Source of the DNA: Candidatus Angelobacter sp.
GTDB lineage: Bacteria; Acidobacteriota; Terriglobia; Terriglobales; Acidobacteriaceae
NCBI GenBank assembly: GCA_035262465.1
Contig: DATFSU010000078.1
Coordinates: forward strand, 64,013-128,012
Direction: 5' to 3'
DNA length: 64,000 nt
In this document: positions 9,437 to 18,405 of the stretch, in pieces
Layout of the letters: each line of letters opens with the position of its first letter
How positions within the stretch are numbered: position 1 is the first letter of the stretch
Translations under genes and position numbers: made by a program
Notes under the pieces: generated by a model
The model's database searches: none
Seen by the model: the letters and a program-made list of their open reading frames with translations, nothing else
Told to the model about the DNA's origin: nothing

Positions 9437-9582
9437 CGAACAGCGATCAGCCATCAGCTATCAGCGAAACCCGCATCACCGCAGAGGGCGCGGAGAACGC
9501 AGAGAAATGTCAAAACGACGCTGGGCGGTCTTCGCGTGGATCAGATGAGGTCTCGTTCAGATCATGTCTCGATGAGATCAAA

Positions 9583-9618
9583 TCACAAAATAAAACGGGA
9601 CGCATGCCGCGTCCCGTC
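9583..9618 (-). terminator. Rho-independent terminator after the FecR-like gene
   Basis: The stem is acgggacgc/gcgtcccgt (9595-9617). On the minus strand it is followed by TTTTATTTTGTG. Confidence 0.65.
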
Positions 9619-9659
9619 TCAAAAAGCAGTTCAATTAGCTTTCAATTACCTTCTTTCCA

Positions 9660-10751
9660 TTACCTGTGGAAGCCCATCGGATGGCTGGCGTGAGAGCCTC
9701 CGCCTGATCCTCCGTGAAAGCCTCCGTTTGAATCGCTGTGAAAAGCGGGCGGAGCACTGTGAACAGCACCGCTGTGAAACGCCGGCGGTGCGCTACGCAC
9801 TGCGCCGCCATGGAATGCCGGGGGCTCGGCAACTACGCCCGGTCTGCCTGAAACCACGGCTGGCCGTACCGGAACCGTGCCCACGAAGCCGGGCCGGAAG
9901 TGCACGAAGCCCGGATGGAATGGAGCTCCGAACCTGACGAACAGCGGAGAGCGGACCACCGCGAACGGCGAGAAGAATCCGCAGCCAAACGGGCTGAAGA
10001 GAACGCCGTCAGCAGGCACGAAGGTAAAGCCGCCAAAGACCGGCGACCAGTACCAGCCCGGGCCGATCCAGCCGGGGCCATAGTAGCCGTTGACCGCGTA
10101 GAGGCTCGCTGCGTTCACATTGGCTTCACCCAGATAGGTATTGCGCAAGCTGCTCCACTGATAGAGATCGCTCTGCTTGTAGTAGTCTTTATCGAAGCTG
10201 TGCGCTTTGAGTTCGGCGCCGGTGTTTAGTGCAACCATCTTTCCGCCGCCTACCGAGACGGTTCGGTCGCCGTCCTGAACGTGGGCCTTGCCGTCAAAAA
10301 CCAGAATGGCCTGCTGGTCAGCGTCAAATTCGTAAAGGCCTTTCTTGACCAGCTGGGTTTGAACCCCGCTCTGGCTGACGCGCAGATTGTTCTGGTCGTG
10401 GATCTCCGCCACTTCCACCATGGCGCGGCCCTGATCCACCTGGACCTGAGTATTGGTGATGCCGGGCGAGATCATTCGCACCGAGCTGTTGTCGTCAACG
10501 CGCAGAAAGACGCCGGGCGTAAGCAGGATTTCCGCCTTACCGGTACCGGTGTCCAGGGTTTGGCCGGGCGACAGCATGGCTGTGCCGACCGAATCGGCAT
10601 TGAGCGTCTCTGAACCGATGTTGACCTGGCCTTCGACGTAATTGATTGTTCCAGGCAGTGCAGAGCGTGCGTCCGGTGCAGCAAATGCAGGCGCAGACAA
10701 TATCACTGCCAGGAATAAGCTTGCTAGAGAAGTTATCCTCGACAGTTTCAT
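9660..10751 (-). CDS. Secreted FecR-domain-like protein with His/Pro-rich C-terminal tandem repeats
   Basis: The signal peptide is 'MKLSRITSLASLFLAVILSAPAFA'. A FecR-like segment reads 'GQTLDTGTGKAEILLTPGVFLRVDDNSSV'. The C-terminus has 'PPAFHGGAVRSAPPAFHSGAVHSAPPAFHS'. Confidence 0.8.
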   Translation of the reverse strand: MKLSRITSLASLFLAVILSAPAFAAPDARSALPGTINYVEGQVNIGSETLNADSVGTAMLSPGQTLDTGTGKAEILLTPGVFLRVDDNSSVRMISPGITNTQVQVDQGRAMVEVAEIHDQNNLRVSQSGVQTQLVKKGLYEFDADQQAILVFDGKAHVQDGDRTVSVGGGKMVALNTGAELKAHSFDKDYYKQSDLYQWSSLRNTYLGEANVNAASLYAVNGYYGPGWIGPGWYWSPVFGGFTFVPADGVLFSPFGCGFFSPFAVVRSPLFVRFGAPFHPGFVHFRPGFVGTVPVRPAVVSGRPGVVAEPPAFHGGAVRSAPPAFHSGAVHSAPPAFHSDSNGGFHGGSGGGSHASHPMGFHR

Positions 10752-11141
10752 TCCTATTGACTCCTTAGTTAATTAGATCGGATTTCTACCGAAAAGTTTC
10801 TGTCTCGGCACAAGGCTCTCAGAGAGACAAATGCTAAGAATTGTTACGCTGACGGTAATCGTTCTTTATAAAGCGAAAGTGGCGAAGACGGCGCTGCAGA
10901 TTGTGAAGTGACGGGCAGAGGGACTTTAAGTTGGAAGGTGGGTGTCGGGACGACAGTGTGATAGGACAAAAGGGCCTGGTCACCGCCAACCGGCATGGCT
11001 TCTGTCATTCCGCCATGTGCAAGCGGATGCCGAAGCGCCTTAAGTACGTGTTTGATTCCATCCGATTCTTTTTGGGGTTTTTGTGCTCTAAACTGAGTGT
11101 AGAATCCCGCATAAGAGCAGAAAAACATTTGGCGCATCACA

Positions 11142-12164
11142 ATGAATAACGAATTAATTTTGAAGATCGTGAGAGCGTCGAGAATGAACGATGAGAAAAC
11201 GGTTTCGTCTGCCGTTCGGGAACTGATCCGCCGTGAACGGAAACAAGGGCATAACAACGTAGCGGACCAGCTTGAACGAGTATTGTCCCTCCGCGCTCCT
11301 CATTCATCGCAGCGGACGATTCGCGACACTGTTACTGCACCCGCTGTTCCTCGAAGCAAAGGAGACGGGAGCGCATTGGTTGACGTAAGGAAATGCTCAA
11401 AGTCTCTAGACGACATTGTATTACGCGAGGAAACCGCTGCAAAGATATGTCGCTTCCTTCAGGAATATAGCAAACAAGAACTCCTGAATCGTTATGGCCT
11501 CTTACCGAAACAAAAGCTGCTTTTTTTTGGTCCTCCGGGAAACGGCAAAACATACGCCGCTGAAGTAATTGCAAGTGAACTTGGCCTTCCCCTTTTTTAT
11601 GTGAGATTTGACGGACTAGTGGGATCGTATCTTGGGGAAACAGCTTCGAATTTGAGAAAAGTCTTCGAATTTGCGCACTCGGGACTAGGAATTCTTTTTT
11701 TTGATGAGTTTGACGCCATCGCGAAGAGACGAAACGACCCGAACGACGTCGGCGAATTGAAACGCGTGGTTAATAGCTTCTTACAGCTTCTGGACGGCTA
11801 TCAAGGGAAGAGCCCTATCATTGCAGCAACCAATCATGAAGACATTTTGGACTATGCGTTGTGGCGACGGTTCGATGATGCAGTCTTTTTTCCACTACCG
11901 AATGAAGTCGAGTTGCAGCGCTACATTAAACTTCGGTTGTCAGGCTTCAGCATTGAAGGATTCGCTTCTGAGGATGTAGCAAAATGGGTACTGGGATTTT
12001 CATTTGCTGTTGTTCAACGGATCGTGACCGATGCCATTAAGACGATGATTCTGACCGGAGAAGGCGTAATCTCACGGGGTATGTTGAGGGACGCAATTGA
12101 ACGCTCAAGATCTTCTGAAATACACAAATTAGATCGGATGTCAGAGCCAAATATCCACCGCTAG
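11142..12164 (+). CDS. ietA: AAA+ ATPase (classical AAA, IetA-like)
   Basis: 340 aa. Walker A is 'GPPGNGKT', Walker B is 'ILFFDEFD', and 'IIAATNHEDILDYALWRRF' matches sensor 1 and the arginine region. The stop TAG (12162-12164) abuts the ATG of the next gene. The gene symbol is by analogy only. Confidence 0.8.
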   Translation: MNNELILKIVRASRMNDEKTVSSAVRELIRRERKQGHNNVADQLERVLSLRAPHSSQRTIRDTVTAPAVPRSKGDGSALVDVRKCSKSLDDIVLREETAAKICRFLQEYSKQELLNRYGLLPKQKLLFFGPPGNGKTYAAEVIASELGLPLFYVRFDGLVGSYLGETASNLRKVFEFAHSGLGILFFDEFDAIAKRRNDPNDVGELKRVVNSFLQLLDGYQGKSPIIAATNHEDILDYALWRRFDDAVFFPLPNEVELQRYIKLRLSGFSIEGFASEDVAKWVLGFSFAVVQRIVTDAIKTMILTGEGVISRGMLRDAIERSRSSEIHKLDRMSEPNIHR

Positions 12165-14582
12165 ATGCCGCACGTACGCCTGCAACATTTTCGAGATGAA
12201 GTTCGTCACCCGCGTAGAGGCGGGCCCGAATTACCCGAGCGTAACCAGGGTAGCCATGGCCGAGAACTCAGAAGAGAGCTCCGGGCTGCTATTCGTGATT
12301 ATGAGCAACAGCGCGCCCGAAGGTCACCGAATCTGCCTGGGTTGCCTGCAACAATTCAGCTGTTGGTGAAACCAGCGACAACAGCGACTGGAAAGCCCTT
12401 AATTGATGGTTCTGATGTCCCCCGGGGATGGAACCTTGAAATTGTGGAGCAGAGAAGAGACGGCACACTAGTCGGATTGTCTGCCGATCCAAATCTTGCC
12501 GGGCTTGAAACAGCACTAGATAACTATCAGCACAACCGCCGCACCCAAACTGGCAGGCTAAAGCGCGGTACTCGGCCGGTTTTTGGGGTTGATGAGCTTC
12601 AGTCTCCGACCCGGCAGATCAGAATTGGGGATGAGCTTGCATTGGCTCAACTACAGCCCAATCTTCAATATTCTGTCGATGTGGAAATAGCTGCCGGAAG
12701 AGAACATCCAGAAGGAGCAGGACGCCGGGACGCTTTTTCAGGATACCTTCGCGCTGGCAGAGCAGAGATCGCAGGCAATGGAGCGCTTATAGGCGCTGAC
12801 TATGCAGCATACAGGGTTACTGCATCAGGAAGCCTAATCTCGGACATGCTCGACTATCATCCGTGGGTAATTTCGGTTGACTTGCCACCGGTGGTGGAGC
12901 GTGAGGGCTTTGAATTACGGAACATCGGGGAGCCCAATCTTCCAGACTTTCCGCCGCCTCGACCGGATGATCCAGTAGTTGGTGTTATTGACGGCGGAAT
13001 CATTCCAGAGCACCCTCTAATTCGGTTGGCCGTCCGCGACCAACATCATCTGAGCTTTATCTCTAACTCTATCCTCGATGAGGGGCAAGAGGGGCATGCT
13101 ACTGCGGTTATTAGCTTGGTAGCACTGGGGAGTCTACGTGATGCGTTGCTTCACCCACTTGATCCGCTTGTTCCCCCCGTAAGAGTTGCCTTGGGACGGC
13201 TGCTTAATGGCGACACTCAAATTCCAACGAATATAGTTGCTCATCGAAGTCTTATAGAAGTTGTGCCCTTGATGTTCGCTGAAAACGCATGCAGAATCTT
13301 TAACCATTCTATTGCGAGCCGTGGACTGCTTAATCGCAACAGGATGTCGCTCTGGGCCGAAGCAATTGATGCACTTGCATACGATGAAGGCAACGAAGGA
13401 TTTTTATTCATAATTTCAGCCGGCAATATTGATGGTCAGGTGTCGCCTCTAATGCCTCAAGTTAGAGCATGGTTGGACGAACCCGGCCATCCACAATACT
13501 TGCTGGAACAACACTGCCGCTTACGCAACCCCGCTCAAGCGATCAATGCGCTGACTGTGGGCTCATATGTGCCTCTTGCGGCAGTTCCCTTTCATAATGC
13601 CCAAGCGCTTGGATATCGCCAAGTCTCACCAACAGGTTCGCCATCGCCGTTTACGCGCACTGGACCTGGGTTCCTTGGCGAAATCAAACCGGAAGTGGTC
13701 GAGGAAGGCGGGAATTGGTATTTGGCTGATGGCAACCGCCTGATCGATCGTCCTCAGTACACGGATGTTGCTGTTGCCAACTCTGGGTTTGCCGCTGAAG
13801 GACACATGATCAAGTTTGTCACAGGGACAAGCTTCGCTGCGGCGCGAACGTCAAATTTGGCTGGCTTGATCCAAAGGGCAATTCCAAATGCAAGTCCGGA
13901 CCTTGTGCGCGCTCTTATTATCAATAGTGCAGATTGGCCTGGACGCCTCAATTCTATTGACGACACGGTTAGGCTGTGGGGATATGGGGTGCCCCAACTT
14001 GAGAGAGCCTTGGATGCCCAAGGGCCGCGAAGTCTCATCATCATAGAAGACGAAATCGAAATTGGGCATGCGCAATTCTTCAAAATTCCATTTCCTCATG
14101 ATCTTTTCGAAGACAACCCGGAAATAATGGTGCGGGTCTCTGTCACCTTAAGCTATCGTGCCCCTGTCAGAAAAACGAATCGTAAGTACCGAGGAACTGT
14201 ACTTGAGTGGAGGTTTTCAAAGCGGGACGAATCACTGGCCCAATTTGCCGGAAGATGCGAAACAATTCCGGCGGCGGAGGTACTCGAAGAAGAAATAGAA
14301 GAAGAACCTGAACTGGCTCCCGGGGATTGGAATTGGACTATCCGGACACGCCGAAGGACACGTGGCACCGCACAAAAAGACTGGTTTGAAGCGGCTGCTG
14401 ACCAATTTCCGGACGAACTCTACTTCGCATTGATAGGCCGTCGCGGATGGTTAAGCAGAGCGCAACAACAAGCAGGGTTCCGCCAACGATACGCTGTAGC
14501 CATTTCGCTCGAAGTCATAGGAGCCGCCATTCCAATCCACGAGCGCATAGAGGCCCTGGTTCGCGTTCCGATTAGAGCATAG
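12165..14582 (+). CDS. ietS: S8 (subtilisin-like) serine peptidase, 805 aa (IetS-like)
   Basis: The catalytic triad contexts are 'VGVIDGGI' (Asp), 'GHATAVISL' (His) and 'GTSFAAARTSNLAG' (Ser). There are about 270 aa of N-terminal and about 160 aa of C-terminal extension with no recognisable domain. Confidence 0.85.
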   Translation: MPHVRLQHFRDEVRHPRRGGPELPERNQGSHGRELRRELRAAIRDYEQQRARRSPNLPGLPATIQLLVKPATTATGKPLIDGSDVPRGWNLEIVEQRRDGTLVGLSADPNLAGLETALDNYQHNRRTQTGRLKRGTRPVFGVDELQSPTRQIRIGDELALAQLQPNLQYSVDVEIAAGREHPEGAGRRDAFSGYLRAGRAEIAGNGALIGADYAAYRVTASGSLISDMLDYHPWVISVDLPPVVEREGFELRNIGEPNLPDFPPPRPDDPVVGVIDGGIIPEHPLIRLAVRDQHHLSFISNSILDEGQEGHATAVISLVALGSLRDALLHPLDPLVPPVRVALGRLLNGDTQIPTNIVAHRSLIEVVPLMFAENACRIFNHSIASRGLLNRNRMSLWAEAIDALAYDEGNEGFLFIISAGNIDGQVSPLMPQVRAWLDEPGHPQYLLEQHCRLRNPAQAINALTVGSYVPLAAVPFHNAQALGYRQVSPTGSPSPFTRTGPGFLGEIKPEVVEEGGNWYLADGNRLIDRPQYTDVAVANSGFAAEGHMIKFVTGTSFAAARTSNLAGLIQRAIPNASPDLVRALIINSADWPGRLNSIDDTVRLWGYGVPQLERALDAQGPRSLIIIEDEIEIGHAQFFKIPFPHDLFEDNPEIMVRVSVTLSYRAPVRKTNRKYRGTVLEWRFSKRDESLAQFAGRCETIPAAEVLEEEIEEEPELAPGDWNWTIRTRRRTRGTAQKDWFEAAADQFPDELYFALIGRRGWLSRAQQQAGFRQRYAVAISLEVIGAAIPIHERIEALVRVPIRA

Positions 14583-14708
14583 ATGCCGGAACATAAAGTC
14601 TGGCGAATCGCTTTCTTTCGCTACGGCTAAAGACTTCTGCATGCAAATCTCGATCCTTCTCGACCTCCCCACGGGCTTCGTCGGCGCGCTTCCACCCTTG
14701 ACCGCCCT

Positions 14709-15527
14709 TCACTTGCTCAACTCCTGAATCACCTCCCTCAACTCGATCACCTCCAGCGGACAATCTTCCCAGTTATGGATCCAGCACACAATCAATTCAC
14801 ATCCATCCACCGGATGCATATGCGCGATGAAATTCCGGCTCTCGTACTCCAGCTCAATTCTCACCGGCTGCCATCGATTCGCTTCCACCTCCCGCATCGC
14901 CTCCACGTCCGGAAACCCGGTCTGAACCCGCGTGACGGAAAATCCCAGCTTCTCCGCCACCCCGCCAAACACAAACAGCACGCCCTGCTCGTTCGTCGGC
15001 GCATAGCTGAAGGGCAGGTGCATCGGCTGCCCATACACCGGACGATCCTGCCGCACCCTGGCATCGGCCGGCCGCAGCCTTGTCCGCGCGAACGTCCGTG
15101 TGCTCCCTGTTCTGCCCCGGCAGTGCTCCGCCACAACGTCCAGCACGTCTTTCCACTCGCCTTCCAGGCGCTGCTGGAGAGCATAATCCGACATCGCTGT
15201 CGCCACGTCCTTCCAGCTCTTGTACCGCCTGGCAAAAGGCCTAACGCTGTACCTTCCATGCAGTTCGTACTCGCTCATGGTCGGTACCTTCCCCAGTTTT
15301 CTTACCGTGGCGGCCCAGTCCGCAAACAGCGACTCCATCTTCACCAGGTACCCGCATCCCTGCCGTTCCAGCCCGCTGGCAGCCAGCAGGCGTGTGTGGT
15401 TGCCAAAGGTCTTGCGTATATCGTGCTTGGTCACATTCGCGTTTTTCACCAGCTCCATGACGCTCGGGGCGTGCCCCAGCCTCTCCGCACACGCTTTCAC
15501 CGCTGCAATGATTTCTTCTTTGCTCAT
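14709..15527 (-). CDS. Protein with two homing-endonuclease-associated (HNH_repeat-like) repeats and a C-terminal PD-(D/E)xK-like module
   Basis: The two repeats are 'EEIIAAVKACAERLGHAPSVMELVKNANVTKHDIRKTFGNHTRLLAASGL' and 'LFADWAATVRKLGKVPTMSEYELHGRYSVRPFARRYKSWKDVATAM'. The C-terminus has 'GFPDVEAM...VRIELEYESRNF'. Confidence 0.7.
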   Translation of the reverse strand: MSKEEIIAAVKACAERLGHAPSVMELVKNANVTKHDIRKTFGNHTRLLAASGLERQGCGYLVKMESLFADWAATVRKLGKVPTMSEYELHGRYSVRPFARRYKSWKDVATAMSDYALQQRLEGEWKDVLDVVAEHCRGRTGSTRTFARTRLRPADARVRQDRPVYGQPMHLPFSYAPTNEQGVLFVFGGVAEKLGFSVTRVQTGFPDVEAMREVEANRWQPVRIELEYESRNFIAHMHPVDGCELIVCWIHNWEDCPLEVIELREVIQELSK

Positions 15528-15535
15528 GCTTCCTC

Positions 15536-15566
15536 GTAAAATAAAAAAGCCACCCGCAGGTGGCTC
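15536..15566 (-). terminator. Rho-independent terminator after the receiver-like gene
   Basis: The stem is agccacc/ggtggct (15548-15565). On the minus strand it is followed by TTTTTTATTTT. Confidence 0.7.
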
Positions 15567-15612
15567 TTGTTCCTGGTTTTGCTTTCTTGGTTTTGCTGAT
15601 GGACGGAAGACC

Positions 15613-15993
15613 TTACCGGAAACCAGCAGCTCTGACCGGTTGTCGTGAATCTGCCTCCAGGGCCGCCTTTACCGCCTCCAGCAATACAGCTGGGCCATCC
15701 TGTGCGTTGACGTAAAAACTGGCTTGAGGAATGGGTGCCTGGCCGTGCCTGAGAATTGAAAGCAAGGGAGCAGAGCATACGGCGCGCAGGGCGAGAAGCA
15801 GGATCACTTTGTCCTTTTGCGGCATCGAATGACCCATCAAAATCAAATCGTAGTCATGATCCGCTGAACACGCCTCCATAGCCTCAGCAAAGCCGAACGC
15901 AGAAATGACAGCGTAGCCCGCCCTCTCCAGAAGCAGTTGCCGGGTAACCAGCAATGGCTTGTCGTACGAGATCGATAGGATGTGCTTCTTCAT
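15613..15993 (-). CDS. Single-domain receiver-like protein (probable pseudo-receiver)
   Basis: 126 aa from the ATG at 15993 (MKKHILSISYDKPLL...). It has a CheY-like pattern, but the phospho-acceptor position reads 'DLILMGHSMP' (Asp replaced by Gly). The longer 178-aa ORF has an implausible N-terminus. Confidence 0.6.
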   Translation of the reverse strand: MKKHILSISYDKPLLVTRQLLLERAGYAVISAFGFAEAMEACSADHDYDLILMGHSMPQKDKVILLLALRAVCSAPLLSILRHGQAPIPQASFYVNAQDGPAVLLEAVKAALEADSRQPVRAAGFR

Positions 15994-16684
15994 TGGGCCT
16001 CTGGGCTTCTCCTGCGGAGATGAATAGTAGGGTGTTCTCGTGCAACAGTAGGCCCAAAGGGAAGTAGCTGAATGCGTCAAGATGCGCCATCCATCGACGA
16101 CCTCTCGGTCGCACTCGAAGGCTTGGCTGGAAACGGCCGCCACGGACACACTTCAACTGCTGGATTTTCTCAAGGTGCCACGGCAGGCGGAGTCCCCGCG
16201 GACCGTAACAAAGTTGCAGGCCTTTTGGGATTCGTGGACCGCAGGCCCAAGGCCCCCGGCAAGCCCGCCTTTGGCTTGATGGGGCAAAGTAGCCCTCGCC
16301 TGCGACACCATTCCCCCGACGCCGCTCTCGGTTTTAGGGAGCTAATAGTTTGCCTCTTCTTTGCCCGAAAGTCAAGCGAAAACATGCGTTTTGGCTTCCA
16401 AAGTCCCGACCAACTGGCGTGACCTATATCACAGCCCAATTTGCCGAGTGCGCGTACCGTCATCGACAGGCGGAAAAAATGAAAGGGTTTGAGTCCCTTT
16501 CTCCTGCTAATGGCCCCCGAGCCGCGCTTGCTGCCCTGGCAGTATCGAACGCCGCCGGGGGCGTTTATCCATCCGCAAGAAAGTCCCTCCCCACCCCATT
16601 CTCTTTGGTTACACTGATTCGCTCCGACGGTATTCACAGAAGATAGCGGCATCGACCGACATGGAGCGATGGCGAGGAGGCGGT

Positions 16685-18034
16685 ATGAGCAGATGGGCGC
16701 GGTGTTGGTTTGCAGCAACGTTGTTATTGGCCTTGTTATTGACCTTCCGGTTGGCGATCGCACAGAACGGCCCGGGCCTTGCGGGACGATGGACCGTCAC
16801 GGTCGACATCAACGGAACCCCGCTGGACTGGCGAATGGATATGGCGCAGCAGGGCGACAAGATCTCGGGCGACTTTGCCGGCGACAAGTTTGAGGGCACG
16901 ATCAGCGGCAACAGCATGCATTTTCTGGCCAAGGATGAGCACGGCAGCACGTCAGAGGTGACGGCGACGATCGCGCAGGCGGCCAAGCAGCCGACCACTT
17001 TCAACGGCACGGTGAAGTTTACCGATGCTGATGATAAAGAACATCCAACCACGCACGCGATTGCGGGCAGGCTTACGCCGAAGCGTCCGGAGGGAGGACC
17101 GCAGCGGCACGAGTTCACGCCGACCGCGTTCTATCGTTCGTTTTCCGCGTTGAACCCGGTGGCGCTCACGGTGTGGCCGGGCGATACGATTCACGCCACG
17201 ACGGTCGATGCCGGAGGAGCGGACGAAAACGGCAAAGACCGCGTGGCGGGAGGAAATCCTGAGACCGGACCTTTCTACATCGAGACGGCTTTGCCCGGCG
17301 ACACGCTGGTGGTCCACCTGACGCGGCTGCGGCTGAACCGCGACTATGCCATCAGCGACGATGCGCTGGTCCCCAGGGCCATGACTCCCGATTTGGCGGT
17401 CAAGATGAAAGACGGCGGGAAGGATGTGCGCTGGCATCTGGATCGCGAGCACGGTACGGCGTCGCCGGAGAAGCCGGCTGAGCACCTCACGAGTTATTCA
17501 GTTCCGGTGCGGCCGATGCTGGGATGCATCGCGGCAGCGCCACCGCGCGCGGCCCAGGCTCCGCCGGGCGCAGGCGATTCCGGAGGCTGGGGCGGCAACA
17601 TGGACTTCAACGAGATCGTGGAAGGCGCGACGGTCTACCTGCCGGTTTCAACGCCCGGCGCAATGCTCTACGTGGGCGACGGACACGCGCTGCAGGGAGA
17701 TGGCGAGTTGAACGGAAATGCGCTGGAAACTTCGATGGACGTGGAGTTCACTGTGGATGTGATTCACAGCGAGCACAGGATTCCGGGCCCGCGGGTGGAG
17801 TCGGCGACGCACATCATGGCGATGGGACTCGGTGGCTCGCTGGACGACGCTTTTCGCGGAGCTACCGGCAACATGTCGCAATGGCTGATTGACACCTACG
17901 GGCTGACGCCTTCGGAGGTGGCGCAGGTGCTGGGCACGTCGGCTGAGTTCAAGGTGAGCGAGGTGGCTGACAGGAATGCGGGTATCGTGGTCAAGATTAA
18001 TAAGGAGAGATTGCAGGGATTGAAAAAGAAATGA
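16685..18034 (+). CDS. Acetamidase/formamidase-family amidohydrolase with signal peptide
   Basis: 'GPFYIETALPGDTLVVHLTRLRLNRDYA' and 'YVGDGHALQGDGELNGNALE' are typical of the FmdA/AmdA family. The ATG at 16685 is preceded by GAGGAGG. The signal-like N-terminus is 'MSRWARCWFAATLLLALLL'. Confidence 0.85.
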   Translation: MSRWARCWFAATLLLALLLTFRLAIAQNGPGLAGRWTVTVDINGTPLDWRMDMAQQGDKISGDFAGDKFEGTISGNSMHFLAKDEHGSTSEVTATIAQAAKQPTTFNGTVKFTDADDKEHPTTHAIAGRLTPKRPEGGPQRHEFTPTAFYRSFSALNPVALTVWPGDTIHATTVDAGGADENGKDRVAGGNPETGPFYIETALPGDTLVVHLTRLRLNRDYAISDDALVPRAMTPDLAVKMKDGGKDVRWHLDREHGTASPEKPAEHLTSYSVPVRPMLGCIAAAPPRAAQAPPGAGDSGGWGGNMDFNEIVEGATVYLPVSTPGAMLYVGDGHALQGDGELNGNALETSMDVEFTVDVIHSEHRIPGPRVESATHIMAMGLGGSLDDAFRGATGNMSQWLIDTYGLTPSEVAQVLGTSAEFKVSEVADRNAGIVVKINKERLQGLKKK

Positions 18035-18405
18035 TTCAACGCGGTTTTGGCAAGCCACGGTTGGTCCGCACAGGCAAGAGTGCCTGTGCCACAAAGGCAA
18101 TTCGGGTTCGGCCATAGGCGATCCATGATTCAACTAAGGTGAACGTGTCAGACGTTTTGGCTAAGTCTCGACTTTTGTCAGCGTTGGCAGACAGCGCTCA
18201 AGAACGCTAATCCAGGCATCTGGCGAAGGCCGGTTACCCTCCCCGTAAGTGCATGAACCTTAGGGGGGAAACGCTAATTGACAATTTCTGTCAACCGGAA
18301 CACAATCGGCCTACTCACGTTTTTCCCTGATCAGCGGCTGTTCCCCACCAGCCTCTTCGGAAAAGGTGCGCTTGAGTCAAATTCATTCCAGGACCTGCTA
18401 GAACT

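Noticed and set aside
9446-9466. CRISPR-like arrays (the short tandem repeats at 9446-9466, 57789-57822 and 59248-59280).
   Set aside because: The units are only 7-14 nt, are directly adjacent with no spacers, and number just 2-3 copies. No cas genes are in the window.
16150-16660. Possible tmRNA or RNase P RNA in the long gene-less region.
   Set aside because: I checked both strands. There is no GGGG..UUCGAC 5' end, no alanine-rich tag-reading frame ending GCNGCNTAA, and no T-arm plus ACCA 3' end, so it is not a tmRNA. 'AAGAAAGTCCCTCC' and 'CCAAAGTCCCGAC' only superficially resemble the RNase P GAGGAAAGUCCGGGC box, and no ACAGAA..CCGGCUUA P4 partner is present. The region is kept only as an unassigned finding.
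18035-18405. Sigma-54 promoter upstream of pilB.
   Set aside because: 'TTGGCAGACAGCGCTC' and 'TTGGCAAGCCACGG' contain a GG element but lack a correctly spaced TTGC(A/T). This is not convincing without a position-weight-matrix scan.
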